From contig NC_042998.1 of assembly GCF_006345805.1 (NCBI RefSeq), positions 67,518,001-67,582,000 on the forward strand: 64,000 nucleotides of DNA, written 5' to 3'. A model generated the notes under the pieces. The model was not told the origin of the DNA, made no database searches, and saw nothing but the letters and a program-made list of their open reading frames with translations. This document shows positions 1 to 14,017 of this stretch, one piece after another. The translations under genes were made by a program, and so were the position numbers. Origin of the DNA: Octopus sinensis (taxonomy: Eukaryota). Within the stretch, counting starts at the first letter, position 1; each line of letters starts with the position of its first letter.

Positions 1-470
1 GCATAGAGACTTTATTTCAAAATTTTCTTGCCAAATAGATAGTACAGCGACTAATTATATTTATATTATAAGTGATTCTCGCAGTATGATCACGAAACCT
101 TATAGCTTCGAAATGAATGTTTCATCCACACAGCTATGATTGAGCCTGAATGGTATAACAATTAAATTGAAATTTCATACTCGAAGCAACTTTGAGTGTC
201 CGAAGTAGAAAACATTACAGCCTTCATTTCCGGACATGTCTCACCTTGGGCCATATTTAATGTTAGGTAACCTTAGCCACGGCAGTTAAATGATCTCGTC
301 ATGCGCAGTGTCGACGATACAACTATCGACTTTTGGCTTCTAGAACACTTTCTACACTGCTAGTGGTAATTACCAATGAGCTACTAATAGACTCTTTGTG
401 TCTATTAATTCTATTAAAATGCTCCATCCTTCCTTCTCTCCATTTTCTATTCTCCACCGCACAATATCAA

Positions 471-473
471 TCG

Positions 474-532
<59 letters not shown>
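471..532. repeat. (CT)n microsatellite
   Basis: Uninterrupted ctctct run; it generates the SLSLSL ORFs at 333-737 and 398-676. Confidence 0.97.
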
Positions 533-537
<5 letters not shown>

Positions 538-1154
538 GGCTCATCATCTCCCCTCGTTCAGTCTCTCACCCGCATTCTCTATATCTCTCAGTTTTATATT
601 ATATCCCAGTCACAAATTTTCTATCACTGACAGAGGGAATATATTTATCTTTCCCAATAAACGACCAGTCTCATAAAATGACTGTAAACTATGGCAGTGA
701 AAAGGCCTTAAATAAACGTAATTATGTGCTACTCTAATCGAACGTACTACCTGAAGCTGTCCGCTATTCCAATTAAAGACGCCTACATAACCGCAACCGA
801 CGTGAATCAGTTTCTCCAAGCTGTCTCCTTATAATTCAATATAACAGCTTTTAGTAGTTTATTTCAATGTTTCTTATCCACACTTTCTACTTCTCATTTT
901 CACGTCTTTTTCTTTATTTCTCCACGCCCATTTGTTGTCTTCATTTCTTTCTTTACTTTAACACTCGTTACTATAAAATTGGAAGAATTTTGTCTGTGAA
1001 GGTAATATTTTGTCCAACAGTCTTGCAGTCCGTTAGTTCGTGTTATCTTCTGGTAAAGTTTGCTTTAAATGCAATTGAAATGAATCAGAAAAGTTATTGT
1101 ATATTGAGAAGTAAGAGCAGAATATTTCCGATTTTTAATTAGTTATTCTTATTC

Positions 1155-1375
1155 CGAGCGCTGGCAGAATCGTTAGAGCGTTGGACAAAATCTCTAGCAG
1201 ATTTTCTTCCGACTCATTACGTTCTGATTTCAAATTCCGCCAGGAGTCAGTTTATCATTTGACCCATTTAATAAAGTTAAGTACCAGTCCTGCAACTAGG
1301 GTCAATGCTTTCGACTAAAACACTCCCATCGAAATTGCCGCTCTGTTCCTAAAACTTAAAACCCTTGTTATTGTT
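1155..1375 (+). mobile_element. tRNA-derived SINE, family A (degenerate)
   Basis: ctggcagaatcgttagagcg head (A-box-like), ttctgatttcaaattccgcc (B-box-like) and taagtaccagt...gggtcaat body match the better copies at 3420-3627 and 36687-36918. Confidence 0.8.
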
Positions 1376-1520
1376 GTGAAATGCTACTTTAGCAAAGGCG
1401 GAAGTAATACTTTGATACTTTGATACTTTGATAGGTTTCGGCCATTATTGGCCCAGGCCATGTCTAACTTAATAGCACCACCTGGTGTAATAATTTTAAA
1501 AAAATATATAGTACAGTATT

Positions 1521-1596
1521 GTTTCTACTTCGCGGATTTTCACCTATCGCGTGGTGTTCTGGAACGTTACACCCGCGATAGTTGAACCGATTACTG
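1521..1596 (-). mobile_element. pogo/Tigger-like MITE terminal fragment
   Basis: The reverse complement reads CAGTAATCGGTTCAACTATCGCGGGTGTAACGTTCCAGAACACCACGCGATAGGTGAAAATCCGCGAAGTAG. The CAGTA start and internal TATCGCG...CGCGATA inverted motif are typical of Tigger-type ends. No partner end seen. Confidence 0.45.
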
Positions 1597-1652
1597 GAAT
1601 CGACTTACCCCTCACCCAAAATTGCTCGCCTTTTGAAATCAATATTATTATA

Positions 1653-1925
1653 GGCGGTAATTTGACAGAATCTTTAGCACGCCGGGCAAAACGCATAACA
1701 GCATTTCGTGTGTCTTTATGTTCTGAGTTCAAATTCTGCCTAGGTTTTCTGTCATCATTGTCACAAACTTTAGATTTACCCCCTACCCTGAAATTATTGG
1801 CCTTAGGCCAAAATGTCAAATCCTTATTACTGCCATTGCTCACACACTGCTTAATTCCCTTTCGTCATATTTGCATTGTGGAAGGCGGTGAACTGGCAGA
1901 AACGCCAGTATGCTTCCGGATGTTT
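1653..1925 (+). mobile_element. SINE family A copy (1653-1830) plus second head fragment (1883-1925)
   Basis: ggcggtaatttgacagaatctttagcacgccgggcaaa...ttctgagttcaaattctgcc; the second head is ggcggtgaactggcagaaacg. Confidence 0.8.
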
Positions 1926-1999
1926 TTCCAAGGTATACGTGAGTCATTTTTTACGGTATTTTCAGAGTCTTAACATCGTTTTGTTTTTGTATCAGTGTT

Positions 2000-3365
2000 T
2001 TAAACACTTCGTTAATTGTTTTGTGCTACTCTGCAGCAATTTGTTTGTGCTTTCTCTCCTCGTTTGAAGTGGCGAATAAGGAGGTAGATCTGTCAATGTT
2101 GCAAAGTTATTAGAAGATGGTACACCGAGAAGTGGGGGACGTAAATTGCCGTAATAAAACATATGCAGGAAAGGACTATTGAGTACAAAGTATATTCTGT
2201 AGCAGATAGAGAATTGAAATTGTATCAACGGAGAAAATTGAAAAAGCCTTGAAGTCAATCTGGCAAGATATGTTATATCTTGCCAGAAGTCAATATGGAA
2301 CAGTGGTGGTTCACTTTAAAAAGGCAGCGAAGGCAAAGCAACACTCGGCAACCCCGTTAAGGATGGACAGTGTGGTCCTCCTACTCACATACCTTGGAAG
2401 AAGAGCCTCTAGTATTAGGGTAGAGGGATTCCCACCCGAAATAGATGTGGCTTGGGTAGCGGCGGCTATACTTCTAGGCAGCGAAGAGGAAATAGCCCTT
2501 CTCCAAGTCACGAAAACAAAAACAACCAACTGGAAAGGACAAACGTTGGTTCTAATTATACAAAGTTCAACGGAAAACCCAGAAAACATGGTGGAAAAAG
2601 TAACAGCTGGAGATGCGGTAAGAGTCAGGATGGAGGGCAGAATCCCTCGATGTTTCAAACGTGGAAAAAAGGGCACGTTAGAGTGGACTGCTTTTCTGCA
2701 ACTGAGAAAAATCAAGAAGTCAGGAAAGAACCAGAGAAGGGGAGGAGAAAATACAAATAAACGACGACGAACCAAGACAAAAATTTTAAAAAAAAAACAG
2801 AGGAAGAGAAAGGAAGCAGGTCAGACAACCCACACCAATCCCACCCATACTTTCTGAAACCCTCTCTTCCAGCACCGACACCGAGCCTAACCATCCCTTC
2901 CGACACGAAAAAAAAACAAAAAACACAAGAAATATCAAACCCCTTCCCCTCAGACAAAAAGACATGTCCAGTAATTATGATTGACGATTCAAACGAGGAT
3001 TTGTGTAAAGAAATACTGAAGTTGGATGGAACAGAAATGTTTGATAATGTTAAGACGCCGCACCGTTGTGTGCTACCCACGGAGGAACAGTTGGTGAGAG
3101 TACTGAAACATAAAAAGTGGATATAGGTGATGGGAGATAGAGATGGATAGGAAGGAGGCACTGGGATTTTCGACGTACCAGGAGACACTAGAACTATATG
3201 GGGTTGACATTCTAGAAAGAACGGGGTACTAAATGTGATAAAGGGTAGAAATGAGGTCGTCCAGAAGTGGGACTCAGTGGACCCATTCCATTTATTCATT
3301 TCCATGTTATCATTCATTATTGTCATACGTTGTTTTTTTTAATTGTCGCTCTGTGACCCCACATG
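2000..3365 (+). mobile_element. Decayed non-LTR retrotransposon ORF1 (L1/Tx1-like) with CCHC zinc knuckle
   Basis: Purine-rich coding-like segment covering ORF 2249-2857. At 2651-2691, tgt ttc aaa cgt gga aaa aag gg cac gtt aga gtg gac tgc gives C-F-K-(R)-G-K-K-G-H-V-R-V-D-C across a 1-nt frameshift, i.e. CX2CX4HX4C with the second Cys mutated. A Lys/Arg-rich region follows. The clade assignment is inference. Confidence 0.65.
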
Positions 3366-3371
3366 TGATGT

Positions 3372-3775
3372 GTTGTCCCCTCTATGTAGGCCCTCTGGTG
3401 TGCAATAAAGAATGAAGAAATGTTAGCACGCTGGGTGAAATGCTTAGCGGTATTTCGTCTGCCGCTACATTCTGAGTTCAAATTCCGCCGAGGTCGACTT
3501 TGCCTTTCATCCTTTCGGGGTCGATAAATCAAGGACCAGTTACGCATTGGGGTCGATATAATCGACTTAACCTGTTTGTCTGTCCTTGTTTGTCCTCTCT
3601 GTGTTTAGCCCCTTGTGGGTAGTAAAGTATTTCGTCTGCCGCTACGTTCTGAGTTCAAATTCCACCGAGGTCAACTCTGCCTTTCATCTTTTCGGGGTCG
3701 ATAAATTAAGTACCAGTTGACTGGCCCCTTCCCCAAAACTTTCGGGCCTTCTGCCTAGAGTAGAAAAGGATATTT
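3372..3775 (+). mobile_element. Head-to-tail trimer of SINE family A segments
   Basis: Tail fragment (3372-3412), near-full copy (3420-3627), then a second internal copy restarting at gtatttcgtctgccgctacgttctgagttcaaattcc (3628-3775). Confidence 0.85.
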
Positions 3776-3953
3776 GCATTGTAGTAACCCAGAAGCATTC
3801 AGACGACTATCAAAGTATAAAAACTATAATACCCACCAATATATATATTTTCAGTGATACAGGAAATGTTACTTTTACTACCAGAATATAAAGAAACAAA
3901 AGAACATTCCCCTCATTTCAACTGACTAGCATTATTACAATAATTTGTATGTG

Positions 3954-3986
<33 letters not shown>

Positions 3987-4519
3987 AAGTTTATGTGCAT
4001 GCGTATAAACACATGTATGCACTCACAATATAAGTTTATATGTGCGCGCGTGTGTTCACACGCATAGACACTCTAAGTCGATAGCATTGCAATAAATTAT
4101 GATAGTAAAAAATTGAAATAATTAAGATGAGTCTGCAGAAGACTAACAGAAATATCGCTTCTAGAACAGAATGTCGAACTGTACATTTTTATACACACAC
4201 ATTTCAGCCTATATGCTTTTTATAAAAAATGAAAATTGCATTGCTTCTTAATATGAATGACGCTACTTAAATGTCTGAAGCCTAGTATTAGCAAACGAAG
4301 CCACACAGTTATTTTGTATATCTTCTCTCTATATTTATATTTCTTGCTTGCTTTATGGCTGATATAACGATTATTTTAATATTTTTTTATTCGTAAACTT
4401 AAATAAGTTTTACGTCTATTATTACTTAAGATTTGTTATATAATTCTTTCCTGCTGTATAAATAACAAATGTTTATAACAATTCTTGAACGTTTTGGCTT
4501 CAGGCAAGCAATATTAAGG

Positions 4520-5065
4520 TAGATGGCAAGTCGATAACTCTCGACTTGAGTACTTAACTGGTACTTTATTTTTAACGACCCAGAAAGGATAAAAGCATAG
4601 ATGACTTCGGTGTGGTTTGAAACAAGATCGTAAAAGGGATGGGTTCTGCCAAGGCGCTACTTTAACCCAAGTTAACCCTGTCAAAATTTTGAAGATAGTT
4701 ATATAAGTAGGGATAACAAACATACGGAAGTGTCTAGGTAACCTTTATTGCAGTAAATAAACCAAATACAACTGTCCTCAAACGGGGACTGAGTGTTAAA
4801 ATGGGTTAATAAAATTAATAATTGTGACAGAATATTTATAGCGGAAAAGAAAAGTCGATGTCAATGATATATGTATTTTATTTTATCGACCTCGAAAGGA
4901 TGAACGGCATTTCTGGCCACATTTTGATTTAAACTCAGCATAAATGTCCAGAAAAAATATACCATTAACCTTTTTCGACGCGCAACGATACTGCTTGTTC
5001 GACATAATATTGTATCAAATTTTAGCACAATGCCAGCAATTTTGAGATGAAGGAGATAGTTGAGG
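4520..5065 (-). mobile_element. Two degenerate SINE family A copies (about 4520-4655 and 4850-5065)
   Basis: Reverse-strand motifs actggtacttta...cgacccagaaaggataaaag and ttttatcgacctcgaaggatgaacggc...gatttaaactcag. Confidence 0.65.
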
Positions 5066-7604
5066 AAAGCTAAGCTTTTGACAGCTAGACTTAGTCTCAG
5101 AATGTATAATTAATAATTGCGTGTACTTTGGACTTTTGCCGTTAAATTTAGCTTCTCAGGACTTTTGAGAGAACTTACTATTATATACCTTAGCCTATTA
5201 GCAGTGTTGAAATCTTTCTTTCATTCGTGTTTAATGCATCAGTTATACAAAGTTATTACACAAGTAATAATATGCATCTTATATGAAGGCTTTTATATAA
5301 ATGCGTAACTATACATATATACTCACAGAGAGCGAGACAGCAAAGTCTATAAGTATATTCCCACGGTAGGCCATGACAGTGCCAACAAGAAAGCTAAAAT
5401 CCAATGATATAAAGTTCATGAATATAGCCCTTACATTAGATGAAAAGAAAAGTAAGAAAAAGTTCCACTGTTTTGATCTCAATGTGTTCGTTTTTAATTC
5501 TCATCTTTACACTTTTTCTCCATTCGCTTTTACCTATAATTTTTTTTATTTCTATGTATCTAATGATTCCAAGCTCGAAAGAACGCCAAGTTTTTTTTTA
5601 TTTCGAGAGCATCAATCAGATATGTATACAATGTTTTCACCGTGTTTTAGCAGCTGTGTGTGGATGTGAAAAGCAATAGTGTGAGAGAGAATAATCTCGT
5701 ATCAGTGTTTCGTATCAAAAATGAAGTTTCCATGTTTTTGTTTACTGAACATTTAGCTTGCTTTCTATCGTGCAACTAATCCCACCACATTAGAGAGCTT
5801 TGTCGATGCAATATTTAATCTCCGATAGTCTTGCTAATATTCTTAGTAAACCAGAAGTGTTTGCTTCCATCCCGAGTTATTTTCAATTAAAATTTGTATT
5901 AACTACGAGAGATTATTTGCCGATGGTTTCTCTCACATAATCCAAACATTTGTCAACACATTATAAACTTGACAGAACGGTTTATATTGTCATATCAGAT
6001 TTATCTGTTAATATACCTGAGATAACGGTGGAAGTTCTTTTCGCTCGAGCCATTTGGTAATCATAATTGTCAAATCTCCCTCAAATAATAACCCAAAGTC
6101 ACATAAAGAAAATAACATTGGGCAGAATTTTCTGATATGCACATACCGGTGGAGTTTATAGCAGGATTATTTTTTAAATGGCTTTGAATATAGGTCTTCT
6201 TCTTTAACACTGACCAGAGGATAAATATTCCTGACCATTAGGGAAATGTAGAACTTACCATTTCCACTTTTACATACTCTTTGAAAATAAACGTTGGTCG
6301 ATAGTTTAATGATACACGAATTAAGGTACATTTTCATGTAAGCAAATGTATATGGAAAATTCTATAAATATTTCTTTGTGAATAATAATTGGAAAATAAT
6401 CTTTTCAAAGAATAGGGAAAGAATATGTCAGTATTACACGATTGTCAAATGGATTTTGAAAAAATTAATTTATCTAATCAAATATGTAAATAAAATAAGT
6501 TTAAAATGTTTTTAGAGGAAAAAAAGAATAGTGATTTTTTTTTTTTGCATTTAGGGAATATAGCAAATGAAATAAAATGAGTAAAAAAAAATGGGTGAAA
6601 AATAGTGGAAATACAAACTTCTTGCTTCTTTTCGTGCGACATGCGTCGGATTTGTGGATGTTTAAAAAAGAATGTAGGTGGCGAGGAGAGCAAGAACAAT
6701 AGAATATGTTGCGAGTAGTGTTTTAAACAATTTGTTTGCAACCAGAAAGCTTTAGGTTCAGGATAGTTGCGCGGCACCCACAGACGGCCAGAGCCTAGTA
6801 AAAGAAATATAAGTTTATCACATACAGGAGAATACACAAAAGTATTTTTCGCCTTAGTTGTACAGTGCAGCATCTGAGCCGTTCAATACTTTGTGAGAGA
6901 ATATGGTGTTCAAGAAAATATATTGAAGGGTGTAAAAAGAAAGAACAGCCTCTATCGCAAACAACTATATTTTTAAAATCATTTCTTAACCACATGGTTT
7001 TGATCAGGTTTCATTGAATGTTGGTCAATATCTTGCAAAAAATTGTATTTGATTAAAAGGAAAATGAAGGGAGTGGAGCAGGAAGAATACTCAGTACCTC
7101 TTGTCATTATCAATTTTGCGCCCGTGTGGTGTCTAGTTCTCTCTCTGTAGATACGCTGAGCGAACCAAATACTTTGATATTTAAGAAAAAACAGCAGAAT
7201 GGGTCCAGAAAGAATAAACTCTTGTAAATATTTGCTTTTTTCAATCAGTTCGATATCACATGATTTATGGTTCATTTTAACAATGCATCAATGCCTTCGG
7301 AGAGGATTTGATATTTAAAAAACAAAATTATAGTAGCAGAAGTGTGAAAAGAATATGTTATATTACAAATAACTGTTTTTAGAATAAATTCGTAACAACG
7401 TGGTTACGAGTTTAATCCCAATGCTCAGCATTCAGAACTGACCAATAACAAGGAAGGCAATGTGTTGTTTAAAAAAAGAGTTGTAGTGGAAAGTATCAAG
7501 AAAGAACAGGTTTTATTACACAATGATTTTTTCTTTGTTTGTTAGAGTCAGCTTCTAATCACGTGGTATCGAAACAAGTATCACAACAATGCTGCACTCT
7601 AACC

Positions 7605-7611
7605 ATATATA

Positions 7612-7704
<93 letters not shown>
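7605..7704. repeat. Compound (TA)n(GA)n microsatellite
   Basis: Directly visible. Confidence 0.95.
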
Positions 7705-7707
<3 letters not shown>

Positions 7708-9193
7708 GCATCAGCTCGTAATCATATCCAAGTGTCTTCGAGTTCAGTCTCACTGCGTGGTCCTTTAAACTCACCAATGCCTTGTAGACATCATGTGTTA
7801 AAAACGTATTACAAAGTCAGATACTAGTGTATGTAAATTATTGACTCTTCAATTCCCGACTGAATGATAGAAACCATATCCGAAATAGCTTTGCCTCATT
7901 CTGGGGTCTTTAGGCAAATATATAAATAAGACACTTGGAAATAAGTCAACTGCATTACAATATTTATTGCACATGAGGCTGTGAACGATATTTATTGTTA
8001 AATTTAGATACATTAGATATGACATATTTATTTCTGATACAGAGAGTATAAACTTTAGGGTTCTGTACTCCCACTCAGAGCGCCTTTCATTTATTACACA
8101 TATACTGTGATACGATTTCCTAATGATTAACAGATTACAAAGCGGTAGAGTCCAAATGGTTTTTAGCATGCGCCTATTATACATTTGTGTATTTGTTTCG
8201 AGTTTAGCATTTCAATAGCGATTCAAAACTACAGCGCAGTCTCTTTTGATTCCCAATACTACAATAAAGAGCCAAAGAGAGATGAGGTTTAACTACAATC
8301 CTTGACTCTGATTACAGTGGTGTATGTAGTAGTTCTCTCTTAATGTATTATATCTATGCAAATATCACTTCCAAATAAGGAATTGGCAAAAAATTGTAAT
8401 AAATGAATGCGTTGGAAATTGTTCCTACAGCAAGCAAAACAATCAATATTTCATTAGCAAACAATGAAGTTAATATTTAAACAAGAAATTCGTATTTTAT
8501 TTCATTTTTTATTTTTCATTTTCAAAGGCAAAAATGAAATAATGTATTAAGGTTCATGAACCATTTCTTTATGTAAAAAAGGAATTGATTTTTCATTTTT
8601 TTTTTGGAGGTGGGTGAAGGGGTTTGGAATTCTTTGATTTTACAACACGGATTATGCATTATTTGCAGACTAAATATTTGTCGTTCTGGTGGTGTGTTTT
8701 GTTGTAAGAGATATTTAATAATGCTGTTAACAACGTTGTTTTTTCTGGATTACACGAATGCTACCAATCATTACAAATACACGCTTAGCAAAATGCCGGA
8801 CACGACACATTGTTAGACGTGCAATGGTTGTATGTTTGCTATTCCCCGTTTCAATAGTTACCATTCAATATAGTCGCAACCAATACGAACATATTAGGAT
8901 AATGCAACCATTATTAACATAAGCAGCCCCACCACCACCAAAAAAAAAAAAAACCTGGTTATAAACCAAGGCGTTGCGTTTGTTGAACGATTCCGAATTT
9001 GTGATCAGAAAGACTTGGAAATATCCTTTTACTCCATTCTAAACACACACACAGACACACACACGCAAAAAAAAAACACGCACATATACTCATTCAAATG
9101 ATAGAGTTAAAGGGAGTAATGTTCTTGTGTAGTACTAATGTACTATAGACCATAGTATACTACATACTGTGTGACATATTAACACACACACAC

Positions 9194-9254
<61 letters not shown>

Positions 9255-9947
9255 ATTGATGTGTGTATGTGCTTACACAACGATAGAAAATAGGGTATAT
9301 AGAAATATAGTGAAAGAGACGTGATTATATTTAAAATTCGGAATGTTTTTAAGAAACGATAGTTGGTATCAGCTAAATACTAATAAGAATAAGGAGAAAG
9401 AAAGAAAGGAAGAAGGAAAGAGAGAGAGAGAGACAGAAAGACAGAGTGGGTGTATATGAAAGCAGCTGTATATATTTAATGCCTTAACATGGAAAACATA
9501 AAAGTGAACCATCCTTAATTGAAAAACGATCATGTGTGTACAATCATATCTTCGCTATCGCTATAAGTATAAAATACATATACCTATCAGGAAAGTCATT
9601 AATCGCAATGTATGGCTTTGCAAGACCAACTGGTACATTTAACGGTATCATTACTAATCATAGATATCCGAAGTTATTAAATATCTCCTCAAATTATTAG
9701 AAGTGGTCACATCGCATAGTTTTGTAAAGCGAGTGGAAACACTGGAGGAAGTAATTTGTACCAGCCTCCAGAAAGAGATAGGGTGGTTAGGACCATAATA
9801 GATTTCTTGATCAACGTCCGCCATATTAGATATAAACTGGAATTAAAGAAAATTGAATCCCTATAAACATATATATATAGTGTGTGTGTGTGTATACATA
9901 AATATATATATGCCTCTATAAATGTATACACACGCAGAGAACAGAAA

Positions 9948-10165
9948 CAATGCTAGAATCGTTAGCACGCTGAACGAAATACTTAGTGGTATTTCTTCCG
10001 TCGCTACGTTCTAATTTCAAATTCCGCCGTGGTTGACTTTGCCTTTCATCCTATCGGGGTCGATGAATTAAGTACCAGTGAAACACTGAGGTCAATATAA
10101 TCGTCTAGTCCCCTCGCCACAAATTCCAGGCTTTGTGCCTCCCTTAGAAATGATTATTATTATTG
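9948..10165 (+). mobile_element. SINE family A
   Basis: tagaatcgttagcacgctgaacgaaatacttagtggtattt...tttcaaattccgccgtggttgactttgcctttcatcctatcggggtcgatgaattaagtaccagt. Confidence 0.88.
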
Positions 10166-10311
10166 AGCTCGTCCTGATCACCATTATTACAAAATGATTA
10201 GTATCATTTCTCCCAGCTCTTTACGTTTTGATTTGAAATTGTTTTACATCCTTTCGGGTCCCTCAAAATTAAGTACCCGCAGTTAAGTACCTACTATAAT
10301 CAACTGAGTCA

Positions 10312-10315
10312 GTAA

Positions 10316-10390
<75 letters not shown>

Positions 10391-10391
10391 A
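10312..10391. repeat. (TAG)n trinucleotide microsatellite
   Basis: Long run of agt/tag units; the source of the poly-Leu ORF 10283-10474. Confidence 0.97.
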
Positions 10392-11094
10392 ACGCGTTGC
10401 ATATGTGAGACATAAGCGAGTACGGCGACGACGGTAGGTTTTGTGAATTGTAATTCAAGCTTGAATCGACACAAATATTATCATCTCTTGTAAATCAATT
10501 TCTGAAATGTTTGGCCTGTCCTGAAATGTTTGGCCATAGACGTACACATACGTATGAGAATTGGTATGAAATGGAGAAGCATACTAATAGAATTTTTTTG
10601 CCATTCGCTTACAAGGCTCGAAACTGTGATAGGTGTGAGGGAGGAGTGAATCCCATTTCCTGTTATAAACATTCAGAAGCGGTATGTCAACCATATCGTT
10701 ACTGTATCGTAATGGTGCACACAACTATAGTAAATCAATAGCCAACATATTGTTCATTCTAAAGTATTGCTTGGTCACCACGGATCAATCAGATACGTCT
10801 GTGGTTTTACTGTCTAACAATTAATATATATATATATATATACATATATTAAAATGAAAGCTACAGATCCTTTGTGGTCAAACATAGTTTATGAAGTATT
10901 ATAGTATGTGATGGTATCTTTCAGCTGTAAGCCAGCAGATCGCTCCACTAAGACCGCTGATGATTTAATGCAGTGTATCTAGGGAAAATAAACATAGCAA
11001 TTAACTTTCCTTTTCTGTTCTCCGCCCAAGAGAGAAATTTCAAATCAATATCGCCGAGCAACAAAACGATCGCCAAATGTGCATGTATGTTTAT

Positions 11095-11102
11095 GAATAT
11101 AT

Positions 11103-11170
<68 letters not shown>

Positions 11171-11263
11171 ATACATATGCATAAATGTATCTGTATGTGA
11201 GTATATATGAATATAGCAAAATAGAATCTCTTATACATAAGTATATGCACACACACATATGTA

Positions 11264-11311
<48 letters not shown>

Positions 11312-11361
11312 ATATATTAATATATATATATATATAATATATATATATATCTATCTATCTT

Positions 11362-11404
<43 letters not shown>

Positions 11405-11600
11405 GTATCTATATATATGTATGTGTATGTATATATATGTATGTATGTATATATGTATGTGTATATATATATATGTATATATATGTATGTATACATATAT
11501 ATATAATGTATATATATGTATGTATATATATGTATCTATATATGTATGTATATATATATATATATGTATGTATCTGTATATATGTATGCATATACGTTGA
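11095..11600. repeat. (TA)n/(TATG)n low-complexity tract
   Basis: Directly visible; gives YIYI/MYIC pseudo-ORFs. Confidence 0.95.
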
Positions 11601-12867
11601 TAAATAAATGAATAAATAAATGGAGTTAAAAGCAGGTGTTATTTAAATGTGGGTATATGTAAATACATGTACACGTACGTGTCTGTATTTGTGTGTGTGT
11701 GTGCATGTTTGTATATATACACATACAAGTGTACGCGCCTGTTTGTATGCATGCATTTATATCTACAAAAATGTATATATAAAAAATAGATACGAATGAG
11801 TGTGTATGTGTGAATGCGCGTGAACATACATGAGTTCGTGTGCGTGGGTACGTGTTGAAGTAGGTATATGTCTATATGTATGTGTGTATGCATATTCACA
11901 AATATACATTCTTTCTGTTTTTTCCTACTTATCACTAACCTATCACATATGTCTATTTATAGCAACTTGACTTCCTTTCATTCTTCTTTCCCACCCAATT
12001 TTTACTACCAAAATTAATACTTTCTTACATATCACCCTACCTTTACCTTCTCATTTTCTATACCCATCCCTTTATGTAGCTCCATCACAGCACCCCAACT
12101 CATATACCTCACAATCTTTTGCTCCTTACCCTCTCATCTCCTCCTCCTCTCTCTCTCCCTATCACCTCTCCATTCCTCCAATCATATTTATCCTGACCAC
12201 TATCTAACACACCCTCTCTGATTTCGTTCCCTCTTTCTTCATTTATTTTTTTTTGTGCCCCTCCCTTTTTTTTCTATTATTCTTCCCATTCTCTTTTCCT
12301 ATTTTTTATTTGACCAGTCTCGACATTTTAATCATACACATCTCTCCTTCCTTCATCTATCCATTAACATTACCAACACATTTCCAAATTTTAATTTATA
12401 CCAACAAAAAACCCTCGATCAAACAACACTGTTTAGAAGCCTCTATGCTGGGAATGATCAAATATCAGTACCATTGGATCTCACATGCCAGGTATAAGAA
12501 ACGTTTTCACCAATTATATACACCATTATACTTGAATAATGGAACTGCAAATAGAATATCCTTATGTATCTCACTTCTATATTCATTCTCTTACTTCCCT
12601 TTGTATTTCATATCTTCTCTACAATAATTAATATTCAAACATTTTTTCGCACCGTCTCTGGTGAAGGGATATATAAAACATTCCGGAAACAGTTGTAAGA
12701 CTTCTGTTTTATGAATGTTCTGAAACCTATTTACAGTATTGGATTTTTTAAATCTCATTCTTTCAATATAGATATATATGGACGCCAATACATGATCCAC
12801 GTATATATATATGTATAAATCTATATACGTACATGCATATATATTTCGACATACATGCATGCAGACT

Positions 12868-12928
<61 letters not shown>

Positions 12929-12952
12929 ATATATTAATAAATAAAATAAAAC

Positions 12953-13490
12953 ATATGCATATATACATACATATATGTACGTACCTACCTCTACATGTAT
13001 ATATACATGCATATATGGGTACAGGACACCAAAAAAACGTCTAACACAATGAGAAACGAAAACATAAACACAAAACCAAGGAAATGGACATTTTTCTTAA
13101 ACAACGAACAAATAGAGTACAGGACATACAATACAAGGAAAATTCCCCTTCTTCAGTCGCTTTTGTTTCATCTACTCCACATTTGGAAGGTCAAGGCGAG
13201 ACATGACTTTAATGAAACATTCCTTCCCGCGAAAAGCAAATTAAATAAAATTTGAGATTTTTTTGCGGAGGGGTAAAAATGGTAACAAAAACAGGACAGT
13301 AACGACAGTACAAATTATAAACAGTAAAAGACAGGACAAGGAGAATAACAGTAATACACACAAGTAGGGCTGTTAAGCCGAACGAGATAAAATATTACGA
13401 ACGCTATTTTTGAGAACGGCGAAGGAGCCACAGAAATGCCGTCTACACTTGAAGGAAGCCAGGTCAGAAAGACAGTAGCAGATGCATAGA
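12953..13490 (-). mobile_element. Interspersed repeat, probable PLE 3' end / pseudo-LTR
   Basis: 12953-13175 is clearly homologous to 57266-57497 (gggtacagga...aaaaacgt...aaacaacgaa...agagtaca.gacatacaa.acaaggaa.a.tccccttcttcag). The minus strand has a decayed hammerhead-like stem aagtca...tgacctt followed by ccaaatgt (from cgaaacgt). The PLE identity is inference. Confidence 0.55.
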
Positions 13491-13522
13491 TACAGGCAGA
13501 CAGACAGACAGACAGATACATT

Positions 13523-13815
13523 GGGCCGACCAAAGCTTTGCAAGTGGATTTGGTCGACGGAAACTGAAAGAGGCCCGTCGTATATATATATTGATATGTA
13601 CGTTTGTGTTTGTGTTTGCCCACCATCACGACCACCAACAACATTGCTTGATAACCGATTTTGGTGTGTTTACGTCTCGTAAATTATGAGTTCAACAAAA
13701 GAGACCGATAGAATAAGTAGTAGGCTCAGAAAGAATAATTCCTGGGGTAGATTCGTTCGACTAAAGGCTGTGCCCCAGCAGGGCAGCAGTCAATTGACTG
13801 AAACATGTAAATAAA
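13523..13815 (+). mobile_element. tRNA-derived SINE, family B (5'-truncated)
   Basis: gggccgaccaaagctttgcaagtggatttggtcgacggaaactgaaagaggcccgtcg...gaccgatagaataagta...ctggggtagattcgttcgactaaaggc; matches the full copy at 59544-59950. Confidence 0.88.
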
Positions 13816-14017
13816 AAATCGTTTCAAGACTTGTATTTAGTCCTAGTATTCTAATATTTCCAAAATAGTTTTAGGATATTACGATAAATGATGAAAATAA
13901 ATTTCGATTGATAATAATTTTCGATCATATTCAAAACTGTATAGCGCTGATAATGAATTAGCTATATAGCTTATGCCCGGTGGTTCTCAAATGGGGTCCA
14001 TATTACCCTTGGGGGTC

